This document shows, in pieces, positions 6,981 to 16,154 of a stretch of 39,257 bases of DNA. This stretch comes from an uncultured Candidatus Saccharibacteria bacterium (lineage in GTDB: Bacteria > Patescibacteriota > Minisyncoccia > Phycocordibacterales > UBA1006). The notes beneath the pieces were generated by a model. It was not told the DNA's origin. It searched no databases and saw only the letters and a program-made list of their open reading frames with translations. The stretch lies in NCBI GenBank assembly GCA_964524475.1, contig CAZGCO010000002.1:1-39257 (forward strand), given 5' to 3'. A program made the translations under genes and the position numbers. Numbering within the stretch: position 1 is the first letter of the stretch; each line of letters starts with the position of its first letter.

Positions 6981-7943
6981 ATGATGGATATTGAATCAGT
7001 TAAAAATAATCCCCGTACCCAGTATTATGGATATGAATGGGAAAAAATCGTTGCACAAATCTCTGAAGCACAGGGGCTTTTAAATGATCCTGAAATGACT
7101 GAACTCGCCCAAGAAGATATTGTGTCCCTGGAAAAAACAAAAAAAGAAATCGAAGAAAAAATCCGTGAAATACAAGACAAAGAACGTGAAGAAGAAGAAT
7201 TTCCAAACGAACTTGTTTTAGAGGTTCGGGCGGGAACAGGTGGGGACGAAGCAGCATTGTTCGCGTTTAATCTAGCAGAAATGTATGAACGGTATTCTGA
7301 AAAAATGGGTTGGTCATGGAAACGTATTGATGAATCTACGAACGATATGGGCGGATACAAGGAAGCTAGTTTCGAGATAAAAGGAAAAGATTGTTACAAA
7401 ATGTTGCAATACGAAACAGGGGTACATCGTGTACAACGTATTCCTGCAACAGAAAAACAGGGACGTATTCATACCAGTACTGCAACCGTAGCTATTATGC
7501 CCATACGACAAAAATTCACTGTGGAACTCAATCCAGTAGATCTGGAATTTGAAACATCACGATCAGGCGGAGCAGGGGGGCAAAATGTGAACAAAGTAGA
7601 AACAGCAGTACGTATTATCCATAAACCCACAAATATATCATTCCGTTCTACCGTGGAACGTTCACAAATAGCGAACAAAGAACGTGTTATTGCGTTATTA
7701 AAATCAAAATTGCAACAGTTACACGATGAAGAAGAAGCAAAAAAACATGCAGATAATCGTAAGAGCCAGGTAGGGACAGGAGAGCGTAGTGAAAAAATCC
7801 GTACCTATAATTACCCTCAGGATCGTGTTACTGATCATCGTGTTAAACAATCATTTTCGAACATTCCTGGGATAATGCTTGGTAATATTGAAAAAATATT
7901 AGATAGTCTAGCAAATGCAGAGAGCTTCGAGGATGGAGAATAA
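6981..7943 (+). CDS. prfA: Peptide chain release factor 1
   Basis: [17 protein letters not shown] (the PxT tripeptide of RF1, not the SPF of RF2) and [17 protein letters not shown] (GGQ). ATG 6981 lies 6 nt after TGgTACAGT. The upstream ORF extension overlaps rpmE and is spurious. Confidence 0.92.
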   Translation: MMDIESVKNNPRTQYYGYEWEKIVAQISEAQGLLNDPEMTELAQEDIVSLEKTKKEIEEKIREIQDKEREEEEFPNELVLEVRAGTGGDEAALFAFNLAEMYERYSEKMGWSWKRIDESTNDMGGYKEASFEIKGKDCYKMLQYETGVHRVQRIPATEKQGRIHTSTATVAIMPIRQKFTVELNPVDLEFETSRSGGAGGQNVNKVETAVRIIHKPTNISFRSTVERSQIANKERVIALLKSKLQQLHDEEEAKKHADNRKSQVGTGERSEKIRTYNYPQDRVTDHRVKQSFSNIPGIMLGNIEKILDSLANAESFEDGE

Positions 7944-7985
7944 TAACCTTGCTTTTTAGGGTAATTCTGATATATTAGATGCCTT

Positions 7986-8014
7986 GAAGAATTTTTTCTT
8001 TGAAAAAATTCTTC
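7986..8014 (+). terminator. Hairpin between prfA and tRNA-Ile
   Basis: gaagaatttttt-ctttg-aaaaaattcttc, a 12-bp perfect stem with no clear T tail. Confidence 0.5.
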
Positions 8015-8018
8015 TCAT

Positions 8019-8092
8019 GCGTGTGTAGCTCAGTTGGCTAGAGCATTCGACTGATACTCGGAGGGTCCCTGGTTCGAATCCAGGCACACGCA
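8019..8092 (+). tRNA. tRNA-Ile (GAT)
   Basis: GCGTGTG-TA-GCTC-AGTTGGCTA-GAGC-A-TTCGA-CTGATAC-TCGGA-GGGTC-CCTGG-TTCGAAT-CCAGG-CACACGC-A. Confidence 0.92.
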
Positions 8093-8148
8093 CAACAAAA
8101 AGAGTCAAAAAGTAGCTATGCTACTTTTTGACTCTTTTTGTTGTGCGT
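8088..8148. terminator. 61-nt perfect palindrome (29-bp arms) overlapping the tRNA-Ile 3' end
   Basis: Checked base by base: positions i and 16236-i are complementary from 8088 to 8148 around the loop tat. Confidence 0.75.
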
Positions 8149-8205
8149 TTTTTTGTATATCATTAAACTTGCCTTTTTTATACAACAGAGTACTATAATG
8201 AGTAT

Positions 8206-8952
8206 ATGCAAACATTTTCATTCCGTACATCACTTCGTAAATCTTGGTCTATTTTTAAAAATCATTGGACAGTATTATTACTATTACCTATTGCTGTATT
8301 TATTGGTTCGATGTTATTATCAATTGTTCCACAAATATTTCAAAATATCCCTGTACTTTTTGGGTTAATCACTATTATATTCTTTTTTGTAAAATTAGCA
8401 TACGACACAGCATTTACTGTCGGTTATACAAAAATAAATTTACATGCTATTGATGAAAAACACGTATCATGGAAAACAATTATGACACCATGGCGTGCAT
8501 GGGTTGCTTATCTTGCGACATCGATATTATTTGTACTTATTATGTTGGGAGCAATGCTCGTATATGCATTGGGTGCTGCTTTGGTTATTGGTATTCTTTA
8601 TTTAATATTCGGAGTACTTCTTGGTATTAATTTTGGAATCGTAGCTACTATTTTGGCGGTTATTGCAGGAATAATATTATTTGTTGGTCTTATATATGTA
8701 TCACTACGTGTTACCTTTATTAAACAATGGATATGGGAACATTATGAACATCAAAAAGTTTTCCAAATGCTCAAAACATGTTGGCATTCTACACAGGGTC
8801 ACACATCTGATATATTTTTCTTGATCATTAAAATAGTTTTGTTAAACATTTTAGGTGCGGTACTACTTCTTGTTGGGCTTCTGGTTACGGTGCCATTGTC
8901 GACATTAATTATGACTGATTACTATCGTAAACATATCCGACATATATCATAA
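8206..8952 (+). CDS. Multi-pass membrane protein (248 aa)
   Basis: Several long hydrophobic segments. ATG lies 6 nt after TATAAT (8194-8199). Confidence 0.7.
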   Translation: MQTFSFRTSLRKSWSIFKNHWTVLLLLPIAVFIGSMLLSIVPQIFQNIPVLFGLITIIFFFVKLAYDTAFTVGYTKINLHAIDEKHVSWKTIMTPWRAWVAYLATSILFVLIMLGAMLVYALGAALVIGILYLIFGVLLGINFGIVATILAVIAGIILFVGLIYVSLRVTFIKQWIWEHYEHQKVFQMLKTCWHSTQGHTSDIFFLIIKIVLLNILGAVLLLVGLLVTVPLSTLIMTDYYRKHIRHIS

Positions 8953-8977
8953 AAACCATCCCACACGGGTGGTTTTT
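8951..8977 (+). terminator. Hairpin terminator
   Basis: aaaaaccatccc-acac-gggtggttttt (one bulged T). Confidence 0.65.
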
Positions 8978-9006
8978 ATATTAAAAAAACATGATATACT
9001 GTACCC

Positions 9007-9759
9007 ATGTCATTTCAGATTGTAACCGAAAAATTTCAAGGGCCACTCCATACACTACTTGCGCTCATTGAAAAAAGAAAACTACATATTTCAGAAATAT
9101 CTCTCGCATCTATTGCAGATGAATTCGTCGCATATATGCAACAACAAAATCTGAACTATGCAGAAATCACGTCATTTGTGGTTATTACTTCTACATTATT
9201 ATTGATCAAGGTAAAATCAATCTTGCCTGCAGTGGAATTGACACCTGAAGAATCTGTAAGTATCGATGACCTAACTGAACGGTTGCGTAAATACGCTATT
9301 ATCAAAGATTATACTGACAAACTGAGTAAAAATATCGATACTGTTGGTTGGTATGAACGACCAGAGAGTATTCTTTATACATCAAAAGATCCATTGTTTA
9401 TACCGGACGATCAAATACATATCGGGGGGTTAATAGAAATCTTACGAGACGTACTGCAATCAGTACCTGTTCTAGAAAAAAATGAACAAGCAACTATTGT
9501 TTCAACGGTACGGATCGAGGATGTTATTGCTCGATTTGAAAAGCTCGTCACCCAAGGAAATGTTTCCTGGCAGGGTGCAATCATGTCACGATACTATGCG
9601 TCAACTAATGACAAGGAAAAAAAGGGAGCAAAAGTAGAAATAGTAGTTTCATTTTTAGCAATGCTCGAAATGTTTAAAAAGGGTATTGTACATGTTGTTC
9701 AAAATAATAATTTTACTGATATAGAAATCACTACTACAGATGGTGGTATAACTCATTAA
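9007..9759 (+). CDS. scpA: Segregation and condensation protein A
   Basis: FQGPLHTLLALIEKRKLHISEISLASIADEF is the ScpA N-terminus, and ScpB follows directly. Confidence 0.88.
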   Translation: MSFQIVTEKFQGPLHTLLALIEKRKLHISEISLASIADEFVAYMQQQNLNYAEITSFVVITSTLLLIKVKSILPAVELTPEESVSIDDLTERLRKYAIIKDYTDKLSKNIDTVGWYERPESILYTSKDPLFIPDDQIHIGGLIEILRDVLQSVPVLEKNEQATIVSTVRIEDVIARFEKLVTQGNVSWQGAIMSRYYASTNDKEKKGAKVEIVVSFLAMLEMFKKGIVHVVQNNNFTDIEITTTDGGITH

Positions 9760-9767
9760 TTACCTGT

Positions 9768-10310
9768 ATGAAAATTAATTTTAAAATAGAATCGTACTTG
9801 TTTGCTCTGGGGAGTAGTATTTCTGTTGCCGGACTTGCAAAAATAGTAAATGCATCACTAGCTGAAACGCGCACCGCAGTAGAACAGTTGGTGGCGGAAT
9901 ATCAGGATCGGGGTATTGTCATTGTCTATGATGGAAACGAGGTTACTATGGGAACCCATCCTGATACATATAGTTTTTTGTCTGATTTGCGCAAACAGGA
10001 GCTTTCTGGTCCGCTATCTCGTGGAGCGCTTGAAACACTTGTTATTATTCTGTATCATCCAGATATTACCAAACCTGATATAGATTATCTCCGCGGAGTA
10101 AATAGTCAGTTTATGTTACGAAACTTGTTAGTTCGTGGACTCATCCAAAAAATTAATAATACCGATGATAAACGTATTCCGAAATACACGGTTACAATTG
10201 ATACCTTGAAATTACTTGGTATTACTGATGTTCATGATTTGCCAGAATATGACATGTTTATGACGCGTATGCAGGGTGTGTTAGATGAAAATTCATCTGT
10301 ATCAGAATAA
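9768..10310 (+). CDS. scpB: Segregation and condensation protein B
   Basis: LSRGALETLVIILYHPDITKPDIDYLRGVNSQFMLRNLLVRGLI is the ScpB winged-helix signature. Confidence 0.88.
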   Translation: MKINFKIESYLFALGSSISVAGLAKIVNASLAETRTAVEQLVAEYQDRGIVIVYDGNEVTMGTHPDTYSFLSDLRKQELSGPLSRGALETLVIILYHPDITKPDIDYLRGVNSQFMLRNLLVRGLIQKINNTDDKRIPKYTVTIDTLKLLGITDVHDLPEYDMFMTRMQGVLDENSSVSE

Positions 10311-10331
10311 TTTATTTTTACTTTTTATTTT

Positions 10332-11390
10332 ATGATTCCTACTAATCTCTTGAAAATATTTTTGCCATCGTTATTTAGTTTTGTGCTGGGAATTATTCTT
10401 ACAAAATTATTTGTTCCGGTTATGTATGATTTAAAACTATGGAAACGTAGACCCAGAACCGATAATGATGATGCAATGAGTAATGCATTTAAACAATTAC
10501 ATGATGAAAAAACAGAAACAGGTACACCACGTGTGGGCGGTACTATTATATGGATTTCTGTATTGGTAGTAATATTGGGGATGTTCATTATGTCAAAACT
10601 TATTGGGGGAGCTGTGTTTGAAAAATTGGACTTCTTGTCACGTGGGCAGACATTACTTCCGCTCGGTGCGTTATTTTTCGGGGGTATATTTGGGCTTTTT
10701 GAAGACATGTTAGAAATATTTACTGATCGTTTTAAAATGTTTGCACAGGGGTTATCCAGTAAATATCTGGTAACGATTGTTGCATGTATTGGATTTTTAG
10801 CATCGCTTTGGTTTTTTTATAAACTCGATATGCATGGTGTGTATGTACCATTTGTAGGATATTGGAATCTGGGTTACGCATTTATTCCATTTTTCATATT
10901 AGTAGTATTAGGTACGTTCTCCAGTCGGGTTATTGATGGTATTGATGGTTTGGCTGCTGGGGTTATGTCGATATCATTTGGAACGTTTGGTGTGATTGCC
11001 TATTTGCAAAATCAGGTAGATATTGCAACGTTGTGTTTTGTAATTACTGGGGGAATATTAGCATTTTTATGGTTCAACGTTCCACCTGCAAAATATTATA
11101 TGGGAGAAACAGGTATGTTGGGACTGACACTTTGTCTGGCTATTATTGCATTTTTAACTGATGCAGTGTTTATATTACCCGTTGTTGGTTTTATGTTGGT
11201 ACTGACATCGGTATCATCATTTCTACAAATCATGAGTAAAAAATATCTGGGTCGCAAGGTATTTATTATTGCACCTATTCATCATCATTTTCAGGCATTA
11301 GGATGGTCCAGGGAGGCTATTACGATGCGATACTGGGTAGTAACGTTGATGTTAGCAGTTGTATCGATTTTATTCGTAATATTAGGATAA
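10332..11390 (+). CDS. mraY: Phospho-N-acetylmuramoyl-pentapeptide transferase
   Basis: Polytopic protein with the VIDGIDGLAAG and APIHHHF motifs. Confidence 0.92.
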   Translation: MIPTNLLKIFLPSLFSFVLGIILTKLFVPVMYDLKLWKRRPRTDNDDAMSNAFKQLHDEKTETGTPRVGGTIIWISVLVVILGMFIMSKLIGGAVFEKLDFLSRGQTLLPLGALFFGGIFGLFEDMLEIFTDRFKMFAQGLSSKYLVTIVACIGFLASLWFFYKLDMHGVYVPFVGYWNLGYAFIPFFILVVLGTFSSRVIDGIDGLAAGVMSISFGTFGVIAYLQNQVDIATLCFVITGGILAFLWFNVPPAKYYMGETGMLGLTLCLAIIAFLTDAVFILPVVGFMLVLTSVSSFLQIMSKKYLGRKVFIIAPIHHHFQALGWSREAITMRYWVVTLMLAVVSILFVILG

Positions 11391-11394
11391 TATT

Positions 11395-12513
11395 ATGCAC
11401 AAAGAAAACACACAACCAAAGATAGATAAACTATTCCTGATTATTACAGGAATTTTACTCGTGGTTGGTTTGGGTGTTTTTTTGTCAGCATCTTTGTCAT
11501 TATTATCTATTGATCCCGCAAAATTCAAGAGTATTTTGTTCAATCAATTAGTACTGGGATTTGTTGGGGGAATTATAGGTATTATGGTCGTCATGTATAT
11601 CCCACACAAGAAATTGCGTCCATGGGGATATGTTATTGGAGCTTTTGGAATATTGGCTACATTGTTGGTATTTGTTCCGGGACTCGGTGCAAGTCATGGT
11701 GGGGCAACACGTTGGCTCAATCTGGGTCCATTGTCATTCCAACCGGTAGAGCTGATGAAATATTGTGTGATTATTATGTACGGAGCATGGTTATCGTTTC
11801 ATTATGAAAAAATAGATCAATTCCGTTTCGGGATAATCCCTTTTCTGTTTGTTGTGGGGTTGTCTGGGGTGGTATTGTTATTGCAACCAGATACTGATAG
11901 TTTTATGATTATTGCTTTTGCATGTTTTTGTATGTATTTTGTATCAGGTGCCAGATGGCGTGATATAGGAATTATTATCATCATAGGAATTATAGGTGCT
12001 GGGGGGCTCATCATGACACGTCCCTATTTGTTATCTCGTGTAAAAGTTTTTCTTGATCCTACCAAAGATCCATTAGGGTCATCATATCAAGTACAACAAC
12101 AATTGATTGCTATAGGGTCAGGTAAAATAAACGGTCGTGGTTTTGGTCAGGGTATTCAAAAATTTAAATACCTCCCTGAACCATTGGGTGATTCTATTTA
12201 TGCGGTAGCAAGTGAAGAATGGGGTTTTGTTGGTTCAATCAGTATTGTTATCTTGTATTTATGTTTTGCATTACGGGGTATTATTATCGCTCTCCGTACA
12301 CCTGATATGTTCGGCAAGGTAATTATCACGGGAATAATATTCTTGATTATTGGTCAGTCATTTTTACATATTGCATCATCAATTGCTGTATTTCCATTGT
12401 CGGGACTGCCACTGGTATTTATTAGTCATGGGGGAACGGCATTGGCATTGTCTTTGATGGCTACGGGGCTTATTTTTAATATTTCACGGTTTATGAAACA
12501 ACCAGAGGAATAA
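11395..12513 (+). CDS. ftsW: SEDS-family peptidoglycan glycosyltransferase FtsW/RodA
   Basis: LGPLSFQPVELMKY, QPDTDSF and LPEPLGDSIYAVASEEWGF motifs. It lies between mraY and murG. Confidence 0.88.
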   Translation: MHKENTQPKIDKLFLIITGILLVVGLGVFLSASLSLLSIDPAKFKSILFNQLVLGFVGGIIGIMVVMYIPHKKLRPWGYVIGAFGILATLLVFVPGLGASHGGATRWLNLGPLSFQPVELMKYCVIIMYGAWLSFHYEKIDQFRFGIIPFLFVVGLSGVVLLLQPDTDSFMIIAFACFCMYFVSGARWRDIGIIIIIGIIGAGGLIMTRPYLLSRVKVFLDPTKDPLGSSYQVQQQLIAIGSGKINGRGFGQGIQKFKYLPEPLGDSIYAVASEEWGFVGSISIVILYLCFALRGIIIALRTPDMFGKVIITGIIFLIIGQSFLHIASSIAVFPLSGLPLVFISHGGTALALSLMATGLIFNISRFMKQPEE

Positions 12514-12560
12514 AAACTACAATAGGGGCAAGGCAAAGCCTTGCCCCTATTGTAGTTTTT
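12512..12560. terminator. 49-nt perfect palindrome terminator
   Basis: aaaaactacaataggggcaaggc-aaa-gccttgcccctattgtagttttt, checked base by base. Confidence 0.8.
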
Positions 12561-12584
12561 GTATTTACGGTATAATGATGTTAT

Positions 12585-13709
12585 ATGAAAATTATCTTTA
12601 CCGGAGGAGGAACAGGAGGACATTTTTATCCATTGATAGCCGTAGCCGAGGCGGTACAACGTGTTGCTGACGAAAAAAAGATTTCTCAGTTACAAATGTA
12701 TTATTTTTCTGATGCACCGTATGATAGCGAAGCATTGTTTAATAATCATCTTGCATATCAATATATCCCTGCAGGAAAACTGCGTGTGTATTTTTCTATA
12801 AGAAACTTTTTTGATCTCTTTAAAACCTTTGGTGGGATAATTGTCGCCCTGTGGAGAGTTTTTCGTGTGTACCCTGATGTAATATTTGCCAAGGGAGCAT
12901 ACTCGTCATTCCCGACATTAGTTGCAGCACGAATTCTGGGAATACCTGTTATTGTTCATGAATCTGATTCCGCACCAGGTCGTGTCACGAAATGGGCCGG
13001 CAAATTTGCTGCATATGTGGCATTGTCATACCCAGAGTGTGCCCAGTTTTTCCCTGCGGGAAAAACTGCCCGCACCGGTCAACCCGTTCGTGGTGAAATA
13101 GAATCTGCATCGGAACTTGGTGCCTATGAATATTTTGAACTCCAAAAAGACTTACCTGTTATTGTTATTATTGGTGGTTCATCAGGAGCACAAATTATTA
13201 ATCAGGCAGTATTAGAAATGTTGCCCCATATTATCGAAAAATACCAAATCATTCATCAAATAGGACGGAATAATTTTGACAGTGTGAGTGAAACGTCTCG
13301 GGTGGTATTGGATCGTAATGAATACATTCATCATTATAAACCAGTTGCATTTTTATCACCGTTACAGATGCGTATGATTGGTGGTATTGCTACCGTTATT
13401 ATTTCACGCGCAGGGTCACAGATATTTGAAATCGCTAGTTGGGGAATACCGTCTATTATTATTCCTATCACGGTGACCAATAATGATCATCAGCGTAAAA
13501 ACGCGTACAGTTATGCCCGCACCGGTGCATGTAGTGTTATCGAGGAAAAAAACCTGACACCAGGTATTATCATTGCAGAAATTGAACGTATTCTGACTGA
13601 TCCGGTGCTGACTATGGATATGAAACAGTCTGCAAAAGAGTTTTATGTACCCAATGCATCACAAAAAATCGCAGAAAAAATTATTGAAATTGGACTGTCA
13701 CATGAATAG
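12585..13709 (+). CDS. murG: UDP-GlcNAc:lipid I N-acetylglucosaminyltransferase
   Basis: MKIIFTGGGTGGHFYPLIAVAEA... and the C-terminal ISRAGSQIFEIASWGIPSIIIP. Confidence 0.92.
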   Translation: MKIIFTGGGTGGHFYPLIAVAEAVQRVADEKKISQLQMYYFSDAPYDSEALFNNHLAYQYIPAGKLRVYFSIRNFFDLFKTFGGIIVALWRVFRVYPDVIFAKGAYSSFPTLVAARILGIPVIVHESDSAPGRVTKWAGKFAAYVALSYPECAQFFPAGKTARTGQPVRGEIESASELGAYEYFELQKDLPVIVIIGGSSGAQIINQAVLEMLPHIIEKYQIIHQIGRNNFDSVSETSRVVLDRNEYIHHYKPVAFLSPLQMRMIGGIATVIISRAGSQIFEIASWGIPSIIIPITVTNNDHQRKNAYSYARTGACSVIEEKNLTPGIIIAEIERILTDPVLTMDMKQSAKEFYVPNASQKIAEKIIEIGLSHE

Positions 13710-13714
13710 GGTGT

Positions 13715-14002
13715 ATGAAAAGAAATTTTGTAATAACTGCAAAACTCTGGCGTTGGAGCGGTGATATGTCAGCATGGCATTTTATCTATGTTCCCAAAGA
13801 TATGTCTATTATGCTCCGCGAGAATTTCCCACGCAGTTCTATGATCAAATGTTGTTATACTATCGGAGAAACAACATGGAACAGTAGTATGTTTTATAGT
13901 GCACGGGAAAAAGTTTATCTCATACCCGTCAAGCAAAAAATCAGAAAAATTGAGGGACTCATGTCGGGTGATGAAATAACTATTACCATTCAGATTTTAT
14001 AA
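13715..14002 (+). CDS. DUF1905-family protein
   Basis: WHFIYVPKD...IGETTWNSSMF...YLIPVKQKIRKIEGLMSGDEITI follows the DUF1905 pattern. Confidence 0.65.
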   Translation: MKRNFVITAKLWRWSGDMSAWHFIYVPKDMSIMLRENFPRSSMIKCCYTIGETTWNSSMFYSAREKVYLIPVKQKIRKIEGLMSGDEITITIQIL

Positions 14003-14011
14003 TATACCCCT

Positions 14012-14275
14012 ATGAAAACCTTTACTGAAAGAGTCATTGATATTGTGAAATCTATTCCAGCAGGGAGTGTGATGACCTATAAACAGGTCGCAGAGCGTGC
14101 GGGTAATGGACAGTCCAGTCGTGCAGTAGGGAGTATTATGCGAAAAAACTATGTTGATACAATTCCGTGTCACAGGGTAATTAGGTCGGATGGGAAAATA
14201 GGGAACTATAATCGAGGAGGTGAAAACATAAAATTGCAAAAGTTATTAGCAGAGGGGTATGTCCCAGAAAAATAG
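14012..14275 (+). CDS. MGMT-family DNA-binding domain protein (87 aa, PCHRV present)
   Basis: IPAGSVMTYKQVAERAG...SRAVGSIMRKN...IPCHRVIRSDGKIGNY. Confidence 0.85.
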   Translation: MKTFTERVIDIVKSIPAGSVMTYKQVAERAGNGQSSRAVGSIMRKNYVDTIPCHRVIRSDGKIGNYNRGGENIKLQKLLAEGYVPEK

Positions 14276-14284
14276 CCTTGAAAC

Positions 14285-14310
14285 AAAACCCTTGAAAAAT
14301 CAAGGGTTTT
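14285..14310 (+). terminator. Hairpin terminator
   Basis: aaaacccttg-aaaaat-caagggtttt. Confidence 0.75.
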
Positions 14311-14342
14311 GTGGTATGGTATTTTAAATTAAAATTGAAAAA

Positions 14343-15095
14343 ATGAACAATATTTTTTATAAACTCATCACGCCTATTATACGGGTACTTGGCTGGTTTA
14401 CAATCATTGTCATGGGTGTGGCGTATATACCGTTTCTAGTATATGATCCGTCCAGATATGTTATATGCAGATATTTTTTTATTGCCGGAAGTATTATCGC
14501 ATATGGATTTTGTGGATGGTTTAGAGTTAAGAGTCATTTACCTAATCCTCGTGAATATAATGAAAAACCTGCAATATTTATGGCGAACCATGCGAAATTT
14601 CTGGATTATTTTCTCACTACTGCTACAGTAGGAAAATTTTCAAAACATTACACAGTGGTGTATGGATCTAACTTGGAAAAACAGTGGCCAATATTCGGCT
14701 GGATACTGCCCAGGTGGTTTATATCAGTAAACAGGAAAAGTAGAATAAGCCGAGGTAAGGCTGGTATGAAAATAAAAGAAGCATTAGAAAAAGGTTGGAG
14801 TGTAGTCATTTTTCCCGAAGGAACACGTATGATGATTTCTGATTTCAATAAAGGTTTAATACTTAATGAATTCGAAATGCCTATTTTTGAAATTGCAAAA
14901 GAAATGAATATAGATATTATCCCTGTTTGTATTCATAAAAGAGATTTTTGTCCAAAGGGACAACGGTTTATAAAACCAGGTATTACAGATATTGACGTGT
15001 TATGTCCTGCAGTACCATCTGATTTTGAATCACATCAGGACCTTATGTTAGATGTGAGATCGCGGATGGTTGGTAACCTATCTCGTGAGATATAA
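14343..15095 (+). CDS. Lysophospholipid (1-acyl-glycerol-3-phosphate) acyltransferase-like
   Basis: N-terminal TM segments, HX4D box (NHAKFLD) and the FPEGTR motif. Confidence 0.8.
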   Translation: MNNIFYKLITPIIRVLGWFTIIVMGVAYIPFLVYDPSRYVICRYFFIAGSIIAYGFCGWFRVKSHLPNPREYNEKPAIFMANHAKFLDYFLTTATVGKFSKHYTVVYGSNLEKQWPIFGWILPRWFISVNRKSRISRGKAGMKIKEALEKGWSVVIFPEGTRMMISDFNKGLILNEFEMPIFEIAKEMNIDIIPVCIHKRDFCPKGQRFIKPGITDIDVLCPAVPSDFESHQDLMLDVRSRMVGNLSREI

Positions 15096-15120
15096 AAACA
15101 ATTTAAAAGATTTTTAATAA

Positions 15121-15159
15121 CCCCTTATACATACAAGATGGAGTATAAGGGGTTTTTTT
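15121..15159 (+). terminator. Hairpin terminator
   Basis: ccccttatac-12 nt-gtataagggg followed by T7. Confidence 0.75.
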
Positions 15160-15246
15160 ATTGACTTTCTAAATGATATAACCCACGGCGGTGTACATCC
15201 GGGGTAAAATGCTTTACACTATCAATATGTTACATTAAAAATTATT

Positions 15247-15462
15247 ATGAATATCAAAACAAACAACAAAGGTCGCCATCGCGACAATCCTGCAAAGGCA
15301 CAGCGTGTACAAAACGGCAAACTATGGGAAATGATCAAGTCCCAGGCACAGGGACGGTCTGCAAAACTCTCGCCCGAGAAACTCACCAGTGCAATCAATC
15401 AATTCAGAACTACCAGGCCAAATCAACCAAATGGCAAGAAACCAATAAACCGCCCCAAATAG
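15247..15462 (+). CDS. Small highly basic, low-complexity protein (71 aa)
   Basis: ORF rich in K/R/Q/N/P. Its TAG stop lies in the loop of the terminator at 15449-15476. Confidence 0.5.
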   Translation: MNIKTNNKGRHRDNPAKAQRVQNGKLWEMIKSQAQGRSAKLSPEKLTSAINQFRTTRPNQPNGKKPINRPK

Positions 15463-15476
15463 GGGTGGTTTTTTTG
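15449..15476 (+). terminator. Hairpin terminator
   Basis: accgcccc-aaata-ggggtggt plus a T run. Confidence 0.7.
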
Positions 15477-15640
15477 ATTGAACATATTGTGGTACAGTAA
15501 TGTAGTACAGTATTTACGTAAATATGTGTTGACAAGTTAACATAGTTATTACCCTTTCATCAAAACACTTGTTTTTATTGTGTATATTATGTATAATTAA
15601 AAAAGGTCGATAATTAAAAGATTTTTTATAAACTTATTAT

Positions 15641-16012
15641 ATGTTTAATTTTACAGAATTTAGAGATGTAGGAGCAAAACTAACACCTATTATTTCATTA
15701 GGAGAAAATAGTGGTTTCGGTATATCATCAGGTTTTTCCCGTAAATATGATGTGAAAGATGTTGTTGCTACAAAAATGTATTATGATCAAGAAAAAAAAG
15801 TTATTGCATTTAAATTTTTAAAACAGAAAGAAAAAGGTACAGTTAGTGTAAAAATGCGTGAAAAAGGTGGATATATAAATGCAAAATCTTTTTTGAAAAC
15901 TTTCAAAATCGATCAAAAAATATATTGTGGAAGATATGAACCAGAAGAAATAATGGATGAAAATCTAGGAAAAATATATGTTATTTATCTTAAAGATAGA
16001 AGTTCTTTATAA
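15641..16012 (+). CDS. Hypothetical 123-aa protein with two-fold internal repeat (possible AbrB/MraZ-like DNA binder)
   Basis: AT-rich ORF. The half-repeats are GFGISSGFSRKYDV..VIAFKF and GGYINAKSFLKTFKI..IYVIYL. Confidence 0.6.
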   Translation: MFNFTEFRDVGAKLTPIISLGENSGFGISSGFSRKYDVKDVVATKMYYDQEKKVIAFKFLKQKEKGTVSVKMREKGGYINAKSFLKTFKIDQKIYCGRYEPEEIMDENLGKIYVIYLKDRSSL

Positions 16013-16154
16013 ATCAAAAAGCCAGAAACTTATATTTCTGACTAATTGATTGATTATTAATCAAATCCTATTAAAATGAAATTTCTTCCTTGGAAATGTT
16101 GAGCATTTTAATTGGTACCCTTTTGGGTTAATTACATAATAGCATGTTTCTATT

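Noticed and set aside
6981-7943. Programmed +1 frameshift of a release factor gene
   Set aside because: That mechanism belongs to prfB (RF2). This gene has the RF1 PAT motif and is one uninterrupted ORF.
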